From Candidatus Saganbacteria bacterium (GTDB taxonomy: Bacteria > Margulisbacteria > WOR-1 > O2-12-FULL-45-9 > XYB2-FULL-48-7): a stretch of DNA of 47,957 nucleotides. Where the stretch lies: the NCBI GenBank assembly GCA_016939335.1, contig JAFGHC010000029.1, positions 1-47,957 on the forward strand, read 5' to 3'. Shown here one piece after another: positions 7,333-18,926 of the stretch; position 1 is the stretch's first letter; each line of letters begins with the position of its first letter. Below the pieces are notes generated by a model that was not told the DNA's origin, did not search any database, and was given only the letters and a program-made list of their open reading frames with translations. Position numbers and translations under genes: made by a program.

Positions 7333-8679
7333 GTGAAAATTAAACCGTTAACGGCTTCGCTCCTCACCGGTGCCCTGGCGGCCGCCCTGCTGGCGGCCGG
7401 CTGCGCTCCGGCCAAGAACGCCGCCGGCGGCCCGCCGGTAGTGGAACTGTGGGTGATGCCCAATTCCCTCAATCCGATCGGCGACCTGGAAAAGGTGCTC
7501 AAGCCGTTCGAGGAAAAGAGCGGCATCAAAGTCAGGATCACCTCGGTCGACTGGGGCGCGGCCTGGAGCAAGATCACCACCGCCGCCACCTCGGGCGACG
7601 TTCCCGACCTGGCCCAGCTCGGCTCGACCTGGGTCTCGGCCATTGCCGCCATGGGGGCGCTGGAGCCGGTTTCGCGCGAAACCGTCGCCGCGCTCGGCGG
7701 CGCACGAGCTTTCGTGCCGGTCGCCTGGACGACGACCGGGATCGAAGGTTCCGGCATTGTTTCCGCCCTTCCCTGGTTTGTCGATGCCCGGGCCCTTTAT
7801 TTCCGGACCGATGCGTTCAAAAAGTCCGGCGTGGCGGCCAAAGACCTGGCCAGCTGGGGTTCCTTCAAGCCAGCGCTAAAAAAGCTCTATGACGCCGACC
7901 TGGTCTTCGACGGGCAGCCGATGGCGCCGCTCGGCATCGCCGGCAAGAACGACTGGAATGTTATTCACTCGCTCGCTCCCTGGATCTGGATGGCGGGTGG
8001 CGATTTCCTCTCGGCCGACCGGAAGCACTGCGTCATCGACAGCGACCAGGCGGTCAAGGGGGTCAGCTATTACATGGGGCTGGTCAAGGACGGTTTTGTG
8101 CCGACGGAATACCTGGAGCTGAACACCGCCCAGGTCAGCGCCAATTTCAACAGCGGCGGCTGCGCCATGTACTTTGACGGCCCCTACGAGATCAAGACGC
8201 TGACCCGTCCGGCGGAAGAAGGGGGCGCGGGCGGCTCGCCGGCGGCCAAGAACTTTTCCGTCGCCGGTTATCCGCGCGGGCCGCGGGGGAAATTCACTTT
8301 TGTCGGCGGCTCGATGCTCGGCGTTTTCAAACAGAGCCGGAACAAACAGGCCGCCTTCGAGGTCATCAAATACCTGACCTCGAAGCAGCCCCAGATCGAT
8401 TACGCCAGGGCGACCGGTTTCCTGCCGGCGCGCGCGCAGGCCTTTGAGGACCCCTACTTCGCCAACGACCCCAACCGCCGGGTTTTCAAGGAAGCGGTCT
8501 ATTACGGACGCACCTACCCGGCCATCCCCTCCTGGGGGCTGCTCGAGCCGATCCTGACGCGGCGGCTGGGGATCCTCTGGGATTACGTCACCGCCGGCAA
8601 AGATTTCAAGCCGGAGACGGTCAAAGATCAGCTGAAATTAGCCAAAAAAGAAGTCGAAGCCATATTGAATCAAAAATGA
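7333..8679 (+). CDS. Carbohydrate ABC-type solute-binding lipoprotein (SBP family 1)
   Basis: Lipobox LAAGC; KITTAATSGDVPDLAQLGSTW; LPWFVDARALYFR; FVGGSMLGVF; TGGTATAAT promoter at 7282-7290. Confidence 0.9.
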   Translation: MKIKPLTASLLTGALAAALLAAGCAPAKNAAGGPPVVELWVMPNSLNPIGDLEKVLKPFEEKSGIKVRITSVDWGAAWSKITTAATSGDVPDLAQLGSTWVSAIAAMGALEPVSRETVAALGGARAFVPVAWTTTGIEGSGIVSALPWFVDARALYFRTDAFKKSGVAAKDLASWGSFKPALKKLYDADLVFDGQPMAPLGIAGKNDWNVIHSLAPWIWMAGGDFLSADRKHCVIDSDQAVKGVSYYMGLVKDGFVPTEYLELNTAQVSANFNSGGCAMYFDGPYEIKTLTRPAEEGGAGGSPAAKNFSVAGYPRGPRGKFTFVGGSMLGVFKQSRNKQAAFEVIKYLTSKQPQIDYARATGFLPARAQAFEDPYFANDPNRRVFKEAVYYGRTYPAIPSWGLLEPILTRRLGILWDYVTAGKDFKPETVKDQLKLAKKEVEAILNQK

Positions 8680-8697
8680 CTAATGTAGGAATTAAAA

Positions 8698-10527
<1,830 letters not shown>

Positions 10528-10542
10528 ACCGCCTCCATTTCT

Positions 10543-10571
10543 TTGACTAACCCCCGGAAAAATGGTATAAA
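10543..10571 (+). promoter_or_regulatory. Sigma-70 promoter
   Basis: TTGACT-N17-TATAAA with upstream TG; ATG 8 nt downstream. Confidence 0.7.
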
Positions 10572-10579
10572 CATACCAA

Positions 10580-13500
10580 ATGAACAAGCCGAAATACTAT
10601 ATTTCCAAAGACAATGAGTTCGTCATCGAGAATTACAACTCGGCGCCGACCTTTTCCAGTTTTTTCCCCGGCATCGCCGGCGTTTTCGGCTGCCCGATGT
10701 GGGTCTTTTACACCAACCGGGGGCAATGCATCACCTCCGCCGGCGTCCGGGACAAGAACGGAGCGATCATGGAGTTCCAGCCGGCCAATAAAGCCTTCCA
10801 TCTCGCCTCGCTGGAGGGTTTCCGCACCTTCCTCAAGGTCGATGGCAAGTTCTACGAGCCGTTCAGCGAGCGGACCGGTCATCCCCGCGAAATGCGGATC
10901 ACCGCCGACCGTCTTAAGATCACGGAAACCAATAAAGAGCTCAAACTGGCGGTCGAGGTCACCTATTTCACCGTTCCCGGCGAATCGTTCCCCGGCCTGG
11001 CCCGCATCGTCAAGGTCGCCAACCTCGCGCCAAAAAAAAGGAAGATCGAGATGCTCGACGGCTTGCCGGTCATGGTCCCCTACGGGTTTGAGGATTCGCT
11101 CCTCAAGCGGCTCAGTCAGACGATCGAGGCGTGGTGCTCGGTCGAAAATCTTGACGAGGGAGCTCCCTTTTGCAAACTCAAGGTCATGCCGGCCGACGCG
11201 GCGGAGACCAAAGAGCTCAAGGCGGGCAACTTCTTTCTCTCCCTGGCCCATCAGGACGGCAAAGAGCTGCCGGTCGAGCTGATCGTCCATCCGGCCGCCG
11301 TGTTCGGGGAGAACACCAGCCTGGAACTGCCGGCGAATTTCCTGGCCGCCGCGCGGTTTAAACCGGCCAAGGACAATTTTGCCGAAGGGTTCACTCCCTG
11401 CGCTTTTTCTTTCAAGCGGCTGGAACTGGACAGCCTGGGTTCGGCCGAGATCTGTTCGCTCTTCGGCCAGGTCGAAGACCTCGCTTTCCTGAACCAGATC
11501 AGCCGCCGCGTCTCCAGCCGGGGGTATTTCACGGAAAAAGCCGCGGCCAACGAACGGCTGATCGATGGGATCTGCGCGGCGGTCGGCACCGGGAGCGCCA
11601 GCAAGAGCTTTGACCTCTACGCCAAACAGACCTTTCTCGACAACGTCCTGCGCGGCGGCCTGCCGGTCAGCCTCGGCGGCAAGGTCATTTACCTCTATTA
11701 CCGCAAGCATGGCGACATGGAGCGCGACTACAACGATTTCAAGCTGCTGCCGACCTATTTCTCGCAGGGGAACGGCAACTACCGCGACATCAACCAGAAC
11801 CGCCGCAATGACATTTTCTTCAACCCCGATGTCGGGGCCGATAATATCAGGCGTTTTTTCAACCTGGTCCAGCTCGACGGCTATAACCCGCTGATCGTGC
11901 TGGGGACCTGCTACCGGCTCGCGTCGCGCCAGGAAAGCGAGGCGCTGCTCGGCCGCCATTTTGCGGCGGACGCCCAGCCGCCGGCCGAGCTTTTGCTCTC
12001 GCCTTTTTTGCTCGGTTTTCTGCTCAACTTCATCGAGCGGATCGGGTGCCGCTATAAAACTTCGCGGGAAGCTTTCGCCGGCGACCTGCTGGCGGCGGCC
12101 ATCACGGAGGAAGGGGCCAGCCACGGCGAGGGCTTCTGGACCGACCATTTCTCCTATAACACCGATCTGCTGGAAAGTTTTGCCTGCCTCTTCCCCGAAC
12201 GGCTCGACTCGCTGCTTTTTGACGAAAAGGACTTCACTTTCTTCGACAACGATCACGTCGTTGTGCCGCGCGGAGAAAAGCACCGGCTGGCCGGCCAGAG
12301 CGTCCGCCAGTACGGCAGCGTGCGGACCGACGTGGAAAAAGCGGCGTTGATCGACGGCCGGGCGTTCGGCAAAAATCTGGTCCGGGCCGCCAACGGCCGG
12401 GGGGAGATCTTCCGCGCCACGCTGATCGCAAAGGTCCTCTGCCTGATCGTTAACAAAGCGGCCAGCTTTGACGCCGCCGGCACCGGGCTGGAGATGGAAG
12501 CCGACAAACCCGACTGGTATGACGCGCTCAACGGCCTGCCCGGCCTGTTCGGCTCTTCGCTCTCGGAAACGCTCGAGCTCAAGCGGCTCGCCGCTTATGC
12601 GCTCGCGCGCCTGACGCCCGGGCGGACGATCGAACTGCCGGCCGAGGTCAAGGCTTTTATCGACGGACTGCGGCAACTGCTGCCGCTCGAGGACGCTTTC
12701 CGCTTCTGGGAAGAAGCGGGGGCGCTCAAAGAAACGTTCCGCCGGCAAACCAGGTTCGGTGTCAGCGGCGAAGAGCTCGGGGTCAGCGGCGACTACGCCG
12801 CCGGTTTCCTCCGGGCGGTGATCGCCAAGTGCGACCGCGGGGTCGAACGGGTCCTGCAGCGCGACGGCAATTATACGACTTATTTCATCAATGACGCGGT
12901 CGAGTACGAAGTGGCGCCGGGGCGCGAGCTTGCGCTCAAGCAGTTCAAGCAGGCCCCGCTGCCGCTCTTTCTTGAGGGTTTCGTCCACGCCCTGAAAGTC
13001 GAGCGCGACAAGAGCATCTATGCCCGGGTCAAAGCCAGCCCGCTTTACGACGCCAAACTGAAGATGTACAAGGTCAACGCGCCGCTCAAAGAGACCCCGC
13101 TGGAGATCGGCCGGGCGCGCATCTTTACCCCCGGCTGGCTGGAGAACGAATCGGTCTGGCTGCACATGGAGTATAAATATATGCTGGAGCTGCTCAAAGC
13201 CGGCCAGTACCAGGAATTTTTCGCTGATTTTAAGAACGTGCTGGTCCCGTTCATGGACCCGAAGCAGTACAAACGGAGCATCCTGGAAAATTCCTCTTTT
13301 ATCGTCAGCAGCGCCCATCCCAACAAAACCGATCACGGCCGCGGCTTTGTTGCCCGGCTCTCCGGCGCCTCGGCCGAGTTCCTCGACATCTGGCTTTATC
13401 TGCTGACCGGCAAACAGCTCTTTACCCTCGATGACCAAGGGAAGCTCCTCTTCCAGCTGAAGCCGGTCCTGCCCGCCTGGCTGTTCAAAAAAGGAGCGTT

Positions 13501-13696
13501 GCGCTTCAAGCTTTTCAGCGCGATCGATGTCACCTATCTGCACGCCGCAGGCGGCGATTCGTTCGGCAAAGCCCCCCTCGCCTACACGCTGACCAGCGAC
13601 GGCAAAGAGGTCGAGCTCAAGGGCCCATTCATCCCCGAACCCTACTCGCGGCTCATCCGCGAGCGGAAGGTTTCTGCTATAATAGCCAAGCTATGA
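10580..13696 (+). CDS. Large glycoside phosphorylase, probably GH161 (beta-1,3-glucan phosphorylase-like)
   Basis: MWVFYTNRGQ, RKHGDMERDYN, SQGNGNYRDINQNRR, EMEADKPDWYDALNGLPG, GWLENESVWLHMEYKY, ARLSGASAEF; family assigned from motif memory. Confidence 0.75.
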   Translation: MNKPKYYISKDNEFVIENYNSAPTFSSFFPGIAGVFGCPMWVFYTNRGQCITSAGVRDKNGAIMEFQPANKAFHLASLEGFRTFLKVDGKFYEPFSERTGHPREMRITADRLKITETNKELKLAVEVTYFTVPGESFPGLARIVKVANLAPKKRKIEMLDGLPVMVPYGFEDSLLKRLSQTIEAWCSVENLDEGAPFCKLKVMPADAAETKELKAGNFFLSLAHQDGKELPVELIVHPAAVFGENTSLELPANFLAAARFKPAKDNFAEGFTPCAFSFKRLELDSLGSAEICSLFGQVEDLAFLNQISRRVSSRGYFTEKAAANERLIDGICAAVGTGSASKSFDLYAKQTFLDNVLRGGLPVSLGGKVIYLYYRKHGDMERDYNDFKLLPTYFSQGNGNYRDINQNRRNDIFFNPDVGADNIRRFFNLVQLDGYNPLIVLGTCYRLASRQESEALLGRHFAADAQPPAELLLSPFLLGFLLNFIERIGCRYKTSREAFAGDLLAAAITEEGASHGEGFWTDHFSYNTDLLESFACLFPERLDSLLFDEKDFTFFDNDHVVVPRGEKHRLAGQSVRQYGSVRTDVEKAALIDGRAFGKNLVRAANGRGEIFRATLIAKVLCLIVNKAASFDAAGTGLEMEADKPDWYDALNGLPGLFGSSLSETLELKRLAAYALARLTPGRTIELPAEVKAFIDGLRQLLPLEDAFRFWEEAGALKETFRRQTRFGVSGEELGVSGDYAAGFLRAVIAKCDRGVERVLQRDGNYTTYFINDAVEYEVAPGRELALKQFKQAPLPLFLEGFVHALKVERDKSIYARVKASPLYDAKLKMYKVNAPLKETPLEIGRARIFTPGWLENESVWLHMEYKYMLELLKAGQYQEFFADFKNVLVPFMDPKQYKRSILENSSFIVSSAHPNKTDHGRGFVARLSGASAEFLDIWLYLLTGKQLFTLDDQGKLLFQLKPVLPAWLFKKGALRFKLFSAIDVTYLHAAGGDSFGKAPLAYTLTSDGKEVELKGPFIPEPYSRLIRERKVSAIIAKL

Positions 13697-15453
13697 TCCC
13701 ATTCGGAGTGACATTCTATCCCGACCAGTGGCCCGCAGAAACCTGGGAAGAGAACTTCCGGAACATCAAAAGAGCCGGCTTCAACGTTGTCCGCTTCGGC
13801 GAGATGGCGTGGGACTGGATCGAGCCGGATGCCGGTAAATTCTCTTTTTCCGGCCTCGACCGCGCCATGGCCCTCTGCGCCAGGCTCGGGCTTAAGGTCC
13901 TGCTCGGCATTCCCGTTTCGCAGGTCCCGCCCTGGTTCTACCGTCTTTATCCCGACAGCCGGCCGGTCGCCCAGGACGGCACGCTTTACCCGGAAATGGG
14001 ACCCCGGCCCAACATCTGCAAAGACAACCCGGACTACCGCCACCTGGCCGAACGGCTGACCAGGAAGCTCGTCGTCCGTTATAAAAACCACCCCGCCCTC
14101 CTGATGTGGCAGGTGGATAATGAGCCGGTCTATCCCCCCCTCGACCACACGACCAGTAACGACTACTGCCACTGCCGGCATTCCCGGCGCGCCTTTATTC
14201 TCTGGGCGAAGAAAAAATACGGCTCGCTGGCCAAACTGAATGAGGTCTGGGGGATGAAGTTCTGGACGAACACGCTCTCCCGTTTTGAGGACATTTCCAC
14301 GCCCAAAGCCGGCATCTGGGAAGCGGTCTCGCCCCATCTCTTCCTCGATTGGTTCCGGTTCAAGACCGACAGCCTGGCCGGCTGGGTCAGCCATCTGGCA
14401 AGGATAGTTAAAGCGGCCGACCGGAACCACAAGGTCGGCACCAACGGCTTCATCGGCATCTCGACCCGCGTCCCCGACCACAGCATTCTCGCCCAGGGGC
14501 TGGATTGGTACGGTCTTGACGTCTATCCCGCCGGCGGCAAAATGGGACCGCGCGATCTCTCCTTTATCATCGACCTCTGGAAAAGTTTTGCCCGGGCGGG
14601 CGGCGCCGAATTTCACGTTACGGAAATGCAGGGGGGCCAGAACGTCCGCTGGGGCAGCCCGGTTTATGTTAAAGGCCCGGAGATCGAATGGTGGACCAAA
14701 CTCGCTTTCGAAAAGGGAGCCAAAGGCCTGCTTTACCACGCCTGGCGCCCGCCCCTTTTCGGAGCGGAAACGGCCGGCTTCGGCATACTGAAAGCCGACG
14801 GTTCACCGACTAAGCGTCTGGAAGTTATTAGTAAGATGGCCAAAGCGATCCAGAATTCGTCATTCGTCATTCGTCATTCGAAATTGGCTATCGCCTACCT
14901 CCGCTCCAGCGACGTTCAGTCCTACCAGGAGCAAGGCCCGCCGCGCGGCATCGCCGGCCAGTGGGAACCGGTCCGCGTCGATATCGGCCTGATGTGCGGC
15001 ATGAACTCGATCCAGGGGGCCTATCAATTGGCCTATGATAGATACCGGGGGGCGGATTTTATTTTTGAACAGGACTTAACTGAAGGTAAATTGCCTTATG
15101 AAACGGTCCTGCTGCCCAATCCTTACCTTTTATCCCGGAAACAATTTGCCAATCTGAAAAAATGGGTCGCCGCGGGCGGCCAGCTAATCACTGAAGCGCG
15201 CTTCGGCCTCAAAGACGAGAACGGCCATCTATACCCAAAACCGCTGCTGGAAGAATTATTGGGGGTCGTTTGGGACCACGGCGAGGTCAACGAAAACGGT
15301 TTTCTCGACGTGATCGAAGGAAAACCGGCCAAACCGCAAATCATTGTCAAGAAACTCGGCAAAGGGAAAATCGTTTACGCCAATTACAGCCTGTTCATGA
15401 GTATTCGAAGGGGGAATAAAAAGTTTCTCTCCGCCGCTAAACGCTATCTGTAA
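13693..15453 (+). CDS. GH42-like beta-galactosidase family glycoside hydrolase
   Basis: GVTFYPDQWP, GEMAWDWIEP, WQVDNEP (acid/base Glu), VTEMQGG (nucleophile Glu), trimerisation-like C-terminal domain. Confidence 0.85.
   Translation: MIPFGVTFYPDQWPAETWEENFRNIKRAGFNVVRFGEMAWDWIEPDAGKFSFSGLDRAMALCARLGLKVLLGIPVSQVPPWFYRLYPDSRPVAQDGTLYPEMGPRPNICKDNPDYRHLAERLTRKLVVRYKNHPALLMWQVDNEPVYPPLDHTTSNDYCHCRHSRRAFILWAKKKYGSLAKLNEVWGMKFWTNTLSRFEDISTPKAGIWEAVSPHLFLDWFRFKTDSLAGWVSHLARIVKAADRNHKVGTNGFIGISTRVPDHSILAQGLDWYGLDVYPAGGKMGPRDLSFIIDLWKSFARAGGAEFHVTEMQGGQNVRWGSPVYVKGPEIEWWTKLAFEKGAKGLLYHAWRPPLFGAETAGFGILKADGSPTKRLEVISKMAKAIQNSSFVIRHSKLAIAYLRSSDVQSYQEQGPPRGIAGQWEPVRVDIGLMCGMNSIQGAYQLAYDRYRGADFIFEQDLTEGKLPYETVLLPNPYLLSRKQFANLKKWVAAGGQLITEARFGLKDENGHLYPKPLLEELLGVVWDHGEVNENGFLDVIEGKPAKPQIIVKKLGKGKIVYANYSLFMSIRRGNKKFLSAAKRYL
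14855..14880. repeat. Heptamer array (ATTCGTC)x3.7 inside GH42
   Basis: Perfect repeat; encodes NSSFVIRHS at the apparent domain linker. Confidence 0.9.
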
Positions 15454-15509
15454 TCCCGCAAATATGCTAAAATCAGGTTATATTTTGAACGGAAAAGGAA
15501 GTTCCTGTC

Positions 15510-17903
15510 ATGGCAAAATACGGTCACTTCGACGAGAAAAATAAGGAATTCGTTATCACCCGCCCCGATACCCCCCTGCCCTGGATCAATTACTTAGGCG
15601 CGGAGGAATACTGCGCGCTGATGAGCAACACCGCGGGCGGCTACAGCTTCTACCGCGACCCCAAGGAGCGGCGGATCACCCGCTACCGCTACAACAACGT
15701 GCCGATGGACCGCGGCGGCCGCTACGTCTATATCCGCGACAATAAAGATGGCAACTACTGGTCCCTTTCCTGGCAGCCGGTCTTAAAAAAGATCAAAGAT
15801 CAAAAATCAAAAATCAAAAATGAGGATGAATTCGAATATGAATGCCGGCATGGCTTGGGCTATACCGTCATCACTTCTGAATATGCAGGGATAAAAACCA
15901 AAACGACCTATTTTGTTCCTCTGGGAGAAAATTTAGAAATTTGGATGTTAGAGGTTTCGACCCGCGACCCGCGACCCGCGACCCGTGACCTGTCTATCTT
16001 CCCCTTCGTCGAATTCTGCCTCTGGGACGCCCTTAATGACATGACCGACTACCAGTACAACCTCAACATCGGCCAGACCGAATATAAAGACAACATCATC
16101 TATCACCTCTCGCGCTACCGCGTTAACCGTGACGTGGTCGGCTTCCTCGCCTGCTCGAACGCCAAGCCGAAGGGCTTCGACACCCAGCGCCGCGACTTCA
16201 TGGGGACCTATGGCGACTTCTCGAACCCGCGCGCCGTCAGCGAAGGCATAATGAACGATTCGCTCGCCTGCGGCTGGGCGCCGGTCGGCGCGCTCAAGCT
16301 CGACTGCCAGCTCAAGGCCGGCGAAACAAAAACCTTCATCTTTGTCCTCGGCTTCTCGGAAGATATCAGGGAACCGGCCAAAAAGGCCAGGAAATTCAGC
16401 AACAAAGCCATCGTCGAAAAAGAACTGGCCCGCCTCAAAGAGTACTGGGAAGAGAACCTGAACAAATTCTCCGTCAAAACCCCCGACCCCGAGCTCAACA
16501 TTATGGCCAACACCTGGAACCAGTACCAGTGCCGGACGACGTTCAACTGGTCGCGCTCCGCCTCCTATTACGAATCGGGGATCGGCCGCGGCATGGGCTT
16601 CCGCGATTCCAACCAGGACACCCTCGGCTTCGTCCACATGATCCCGGCTAGGGTCAAGGAGCGGCTCAAGGACCTGGCCGCCACCCAGCTCCCCGACGGC
16701 AGCGCTTATCACCAGTACTCGCCGCTGACCAAAAAGGCCAACCCGTCCGACCACAAATACGGCGACGACCATCTCTGGCTCATCTACTCGGCCGCCAGCT
16801 ACCTCAAAGAGACCGGCGATCTTGCTTTCCTGAAAGAGAAAGTGACTTTTGCCGGCGAAGATACGGGGACGATGTACGACCACCTCGAGCGGGCGGTCAA
16901 TTTTTCCCTGAAGAACATCGGCACGCACGGCATCCCGAAGATACTCTTCGCCGACTGGAACGATTGTTTGAACCTCGACCAGGGCAAAGGCAAGGCCGAA
17001 TCGGTCATGGTCGGCCAGATGCTGGTCGGCGCGGCTTACGAAATGGCGAAGATCGCCGAACTGCTCGGCAAAGCCAAAGACGTGAAGAAATACGCCGGTA
17101 TAGCCGATAAGATGAAGAAGACGATCAATCAGAAGTCGTGGGACGGCGAATGGTACGTCCGCGCCTACACCGACGAATCGCAGCCGGTCGGCTCAAAGGT
17201 CTGCGGGGAAGGAAAGATCTACCTCGAGACCCAGGCCTGGGCCGTCCTCTCCGGCACCGCCGACGAAGCCCGGGGCAGGAAATGCATGGATTCCGTCCAC
17301 AAATACCTGGCCACCGAACACGGCATCCAGGTGATGTCCCCGCCCTACTCCAAGTTTTACTGGCAGCTCGGCTCGATCGGCGTTTATCCGCCCGGGCTCA
17401 AGGAGAACGGCGCGATCTTCTGTCATCCCAATCCCTGGGCCATGGTGGCCGAATGTATGTTAGGCCGCGGCACGCGCGCCTATGAATATTACCGCGCCAT
17501 CCTGCCGGCCGCCCGCAACAAGATCGCCGACCTGCACAAGACCGAACCGTACGTCTACTGCCAGATGATCGCCGGCCCGGCGCACAAAGACTTCGGCGAA
17601 GGGAAGAACTCCTGGCTGACCGGCTCGGCCTGCTGGAATTTCGTGGCGGTTTCCCAGTACATTCTCGGCGTCCGGCCCGATTACGAGGGGCTGCGCGTCG
17701 ATCCTTGCGTCCCGAAGGAGTGGAAAGGCTTCTCGGTCAAGCGGCATTTCCGGGGCGCTGATTACTACATCACCGTCAGGAACCCGCAGGGGGTCAGCAA
17801 GGGGGTAAAATTCATCACGGTTGACGGGAAGAAATTGTCAACCAACCTCATCCCTCCCGCCAAAGGGAAGAAGGAACGCCGCGTCGAAGTCGTGATGGGC
17901 TAA
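15510..17903 (+). CDS. GH94 glycoside phosphorylase, cellobiose phosphorylase-like
   Basis: TPLPWINYLG, RRITRYRYNNVP, ESGIGRGMGFRDSNQD, ADWNDC, KENGAIFCH, GEGKNSWLTG. Confidence 0.92.
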   Translation: MAKYGHFDEKNKEFVITRPDTPLPWINYLGAEEYCALMSNTAGGYSFYRDPKERRITRYRYNNVPMDRGGRYVYIRDNKDGNYWSLSWQPVLKKIKDQKSKIKNEDEFEYECRHGLGYTVITSEYAGIKTKTTYFVPLGENLEIWMLEVSTRDPRPATRDLSIFPFVEFCLWDALNDMTDYQYNLNIGQTEYKDNIIYHLSRYRVNRDVVGFLACSNAKPKGFDTQRRDFMGTYGDFSNPRAVSEGIMNDSLACGWAPVGALKLDCQLKAGETKTFIFVLGFSEDIREPAKKARKFSNKAIVEKELARLKEYWEENLNKFSVKTPDPELNIMANTWNQYQCRTTFNWSRSASYYESGIGRGMGFRDSNQDTLGFVHMIPARVKERLKDLAATQLPDGSAYHQYSPLTKKANPSDHKYGDDHLWLIYSAASYLKETGDLAFLKEKVTFAGEDTGTMYDHLERAVNFSLKNIGTHGIPKILFADWNDCLNLDQGKGKAESVMVGQMLVGAAYEMAKIAELLGKAKDVKKYAGIADKMKKTINQKSWDGEWYVRAYTDESQPVGSKVCGEGKIYLETQAWAVLSGTADEARGRKCMDSVHKYLATEHGIQVMSPPYSKFYWQLGSIGVYPPGLKENGAIFCHPNPWAMVAECMLGRGTRAYEYYRAILPAARNKIADLHKTEPYVYCQMIAGPAHKDFGEGKNSWLTGSACWNFVAVSQYILGVRPDYEGLRVDPCVPKEWKGFSVKRHFRGADYYITVRNPQGVSKGVKFITVDGKKLSTNLIPPAKGKKERRVEVVMG
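15790..15824. repeat. Heptamer array (ARATCAA)x4-5 inside GH94
   Basis: AGATCAA AGATCAA AAATCAA AAATCAA AAATGAG; encodes KIKDQKSKIKNE. Confidence 0.88.
15958..15992. repeat. Heptamer array (CGACCCG)x4-5 inside GH94
   Basis: Four perfect units plus TGACCTG; encodes STRDPRPATRDL. Confidence 0.9.
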
Positions 17904-18748
17904 CGCGTGCCGAATCTCGTCTCGTAAACCCCGCCCAGGCCGCAGAGCGCGGCGATCATCTTGACCAGGAACCCCCCGACCGGCACCAAGCCGACTATCG
18001 ACAGCAGAACGATCCCTGCGACCGTCTCGGTCATCATCGATTGGTTCGTCAGCCGGCAGGCGTGCAGGGTTTTCTTCCCCAGAACATGGCAGGCGGCGAT
18101 GTAACCGAACAGGCAGGCCGCCGCCACCGCGATCATCCAGACGGGGATCAGCACGATCCCGACGATCGAGACCACCAGGACAAAAATTACCGGCAAGAAC
18201 AGCAGGGCGATCACCAGGCCGACCAGGAAATTCCGCAATAAATTGCCTTCGAGCAAGCCGGAGATCCGGCCCAGTTGCGGCGTGAACATGGCGACAAGAA
18301 TTACCGCCATGATTATGAAACCGAGCAGTGTCAGCAGGTAGAAGATCCCCACGCCCTTAACTATCCCCCCCTTGGTGAAATAAACGACCAGCGGCCCCAC
18401 ATCAACGGAGGAGACCTCGATGACCTCTCCCCTGGCGACCGCGCCGGGTTCCCGCACGACCTTGCCGCCGATTGAGACCGCGTCCCCGGCGACCAGGGCA
18501 GTATCTTTGAGATAGACCGAGCCGCCCACCGCCACGACGTCCTCTTTCACTTCTCCGAGAACGGTGACCGAGCCGCCCACCGCCACGACCGATTTGACGT
18601 CAGCGCCCTGCGGCACGGTGATGTTCTCGCCGATCTTGACGATCGACCCCTGACCGCTCTCCAGCCCCTTGACGACGGCAAAAGCAGCGGAAGAAACAAA
18701 AACCAGCAGCAGGGCGGCCAGCAGGCAACCAAACGCTCTCTTTAACAT
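17900..18748 (-). CDS. Membrane protein with N-terminal bactofilin/polymer-forming beta-helix repeats
   Basis: GGAGG RBS before ATG 18748; signal-like N-terminus; VVAVGGSV repeats, followed by several hydrophobic helices. Confidence 0.75.
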   Translation of the reverse strand: MLKRAFGCLLAALLLVFVSSAAFAVVKGLESGQGSIVKIGENITVPQGADVKSVVAVGGSVTVLGEVKEDVVAVGGSVYLKDTALVAGDAVSIGGKVVREPGAVARGEVIEVSSVDVGPLVVYFTKGGIVKGVGIFYLLTLLGFIIMAVILVAMFTPQLGRISGLLEGNLLRNFLVGLVIALLFLPVIFVLVVSIVGIVLIPVWMIAVAAACLFGYIAACHVLGKKTLHACRLTNQSMMTETVAGIVLLSIVGLVPVGGFLVKMIAALCGLGGVYETRFGTR

Positions 18749-18783
18749 CGGCAACACCTCCACAGGTATTAACGGCCGAGGCA

Positions 18784-18812
18784 ATTATACGGGCGATCGG
18801 CCGGGAAGTCAA
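18784..18812 (-). promoter_or_regulatory. Sigma-70 promoter
   Basis: Minus strand TTGACT-N17-TATAAT. Confidence 0.75.
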
Positions 18813-18833
18813 TCGCCGGGCCGAGAAAACCCG

Positions 18834-18862
18834 TTGACAAACAGGCGGCCTGGTGTTACTAT
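18834..18862 (+). promoter_or_regulatory. Sigma-70 promoter of the metal-uptake unit
   Basis: TTGACA-N17-TACTAT with extended TG. Confidence 0.75.
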
Positions 18863-18879
18863 TTATAAAAAGGTGGCAC
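18853..18879. promoter_or_regulatory. Putative NikR operator
   Basis: GTGTTAC-N13-GTGGCAC, near-palindromic and overlapping the -10 box; resembles the GTGTTA-N15-TAACAC NikR motif described for Deltaproteobacteria. Confidence 0.6.
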
Positions 18880-18926
18880 GCAGGAAAGGGGGCGCGCCCG
18901 CCGGAATTCTGGAAAGGGGATAAATC

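Noticed and set aside
8680..8697. glmS ribozyme
   Set aside because: Only 18 nt separate the upstream gene from glmS, and no ribozyme core is recognisable.
10547..13543. 998-aa antisense ORF, and similar long antisense ORFs over glmS, ackA, proB and the hydrogenase genes
   Set aside because: They mirror well-supported genes and have no motifs or RBS. They are expected from strong G/C-ending codon bias, which removes antisense stop codons.
18863..18926. Cobalamin or NiCo riboswitch before the cbiM/nikM unit
   Set aside because: The leader is only about 60 nt and lacks a B12 box; a NikR-like operator explains regulation better.
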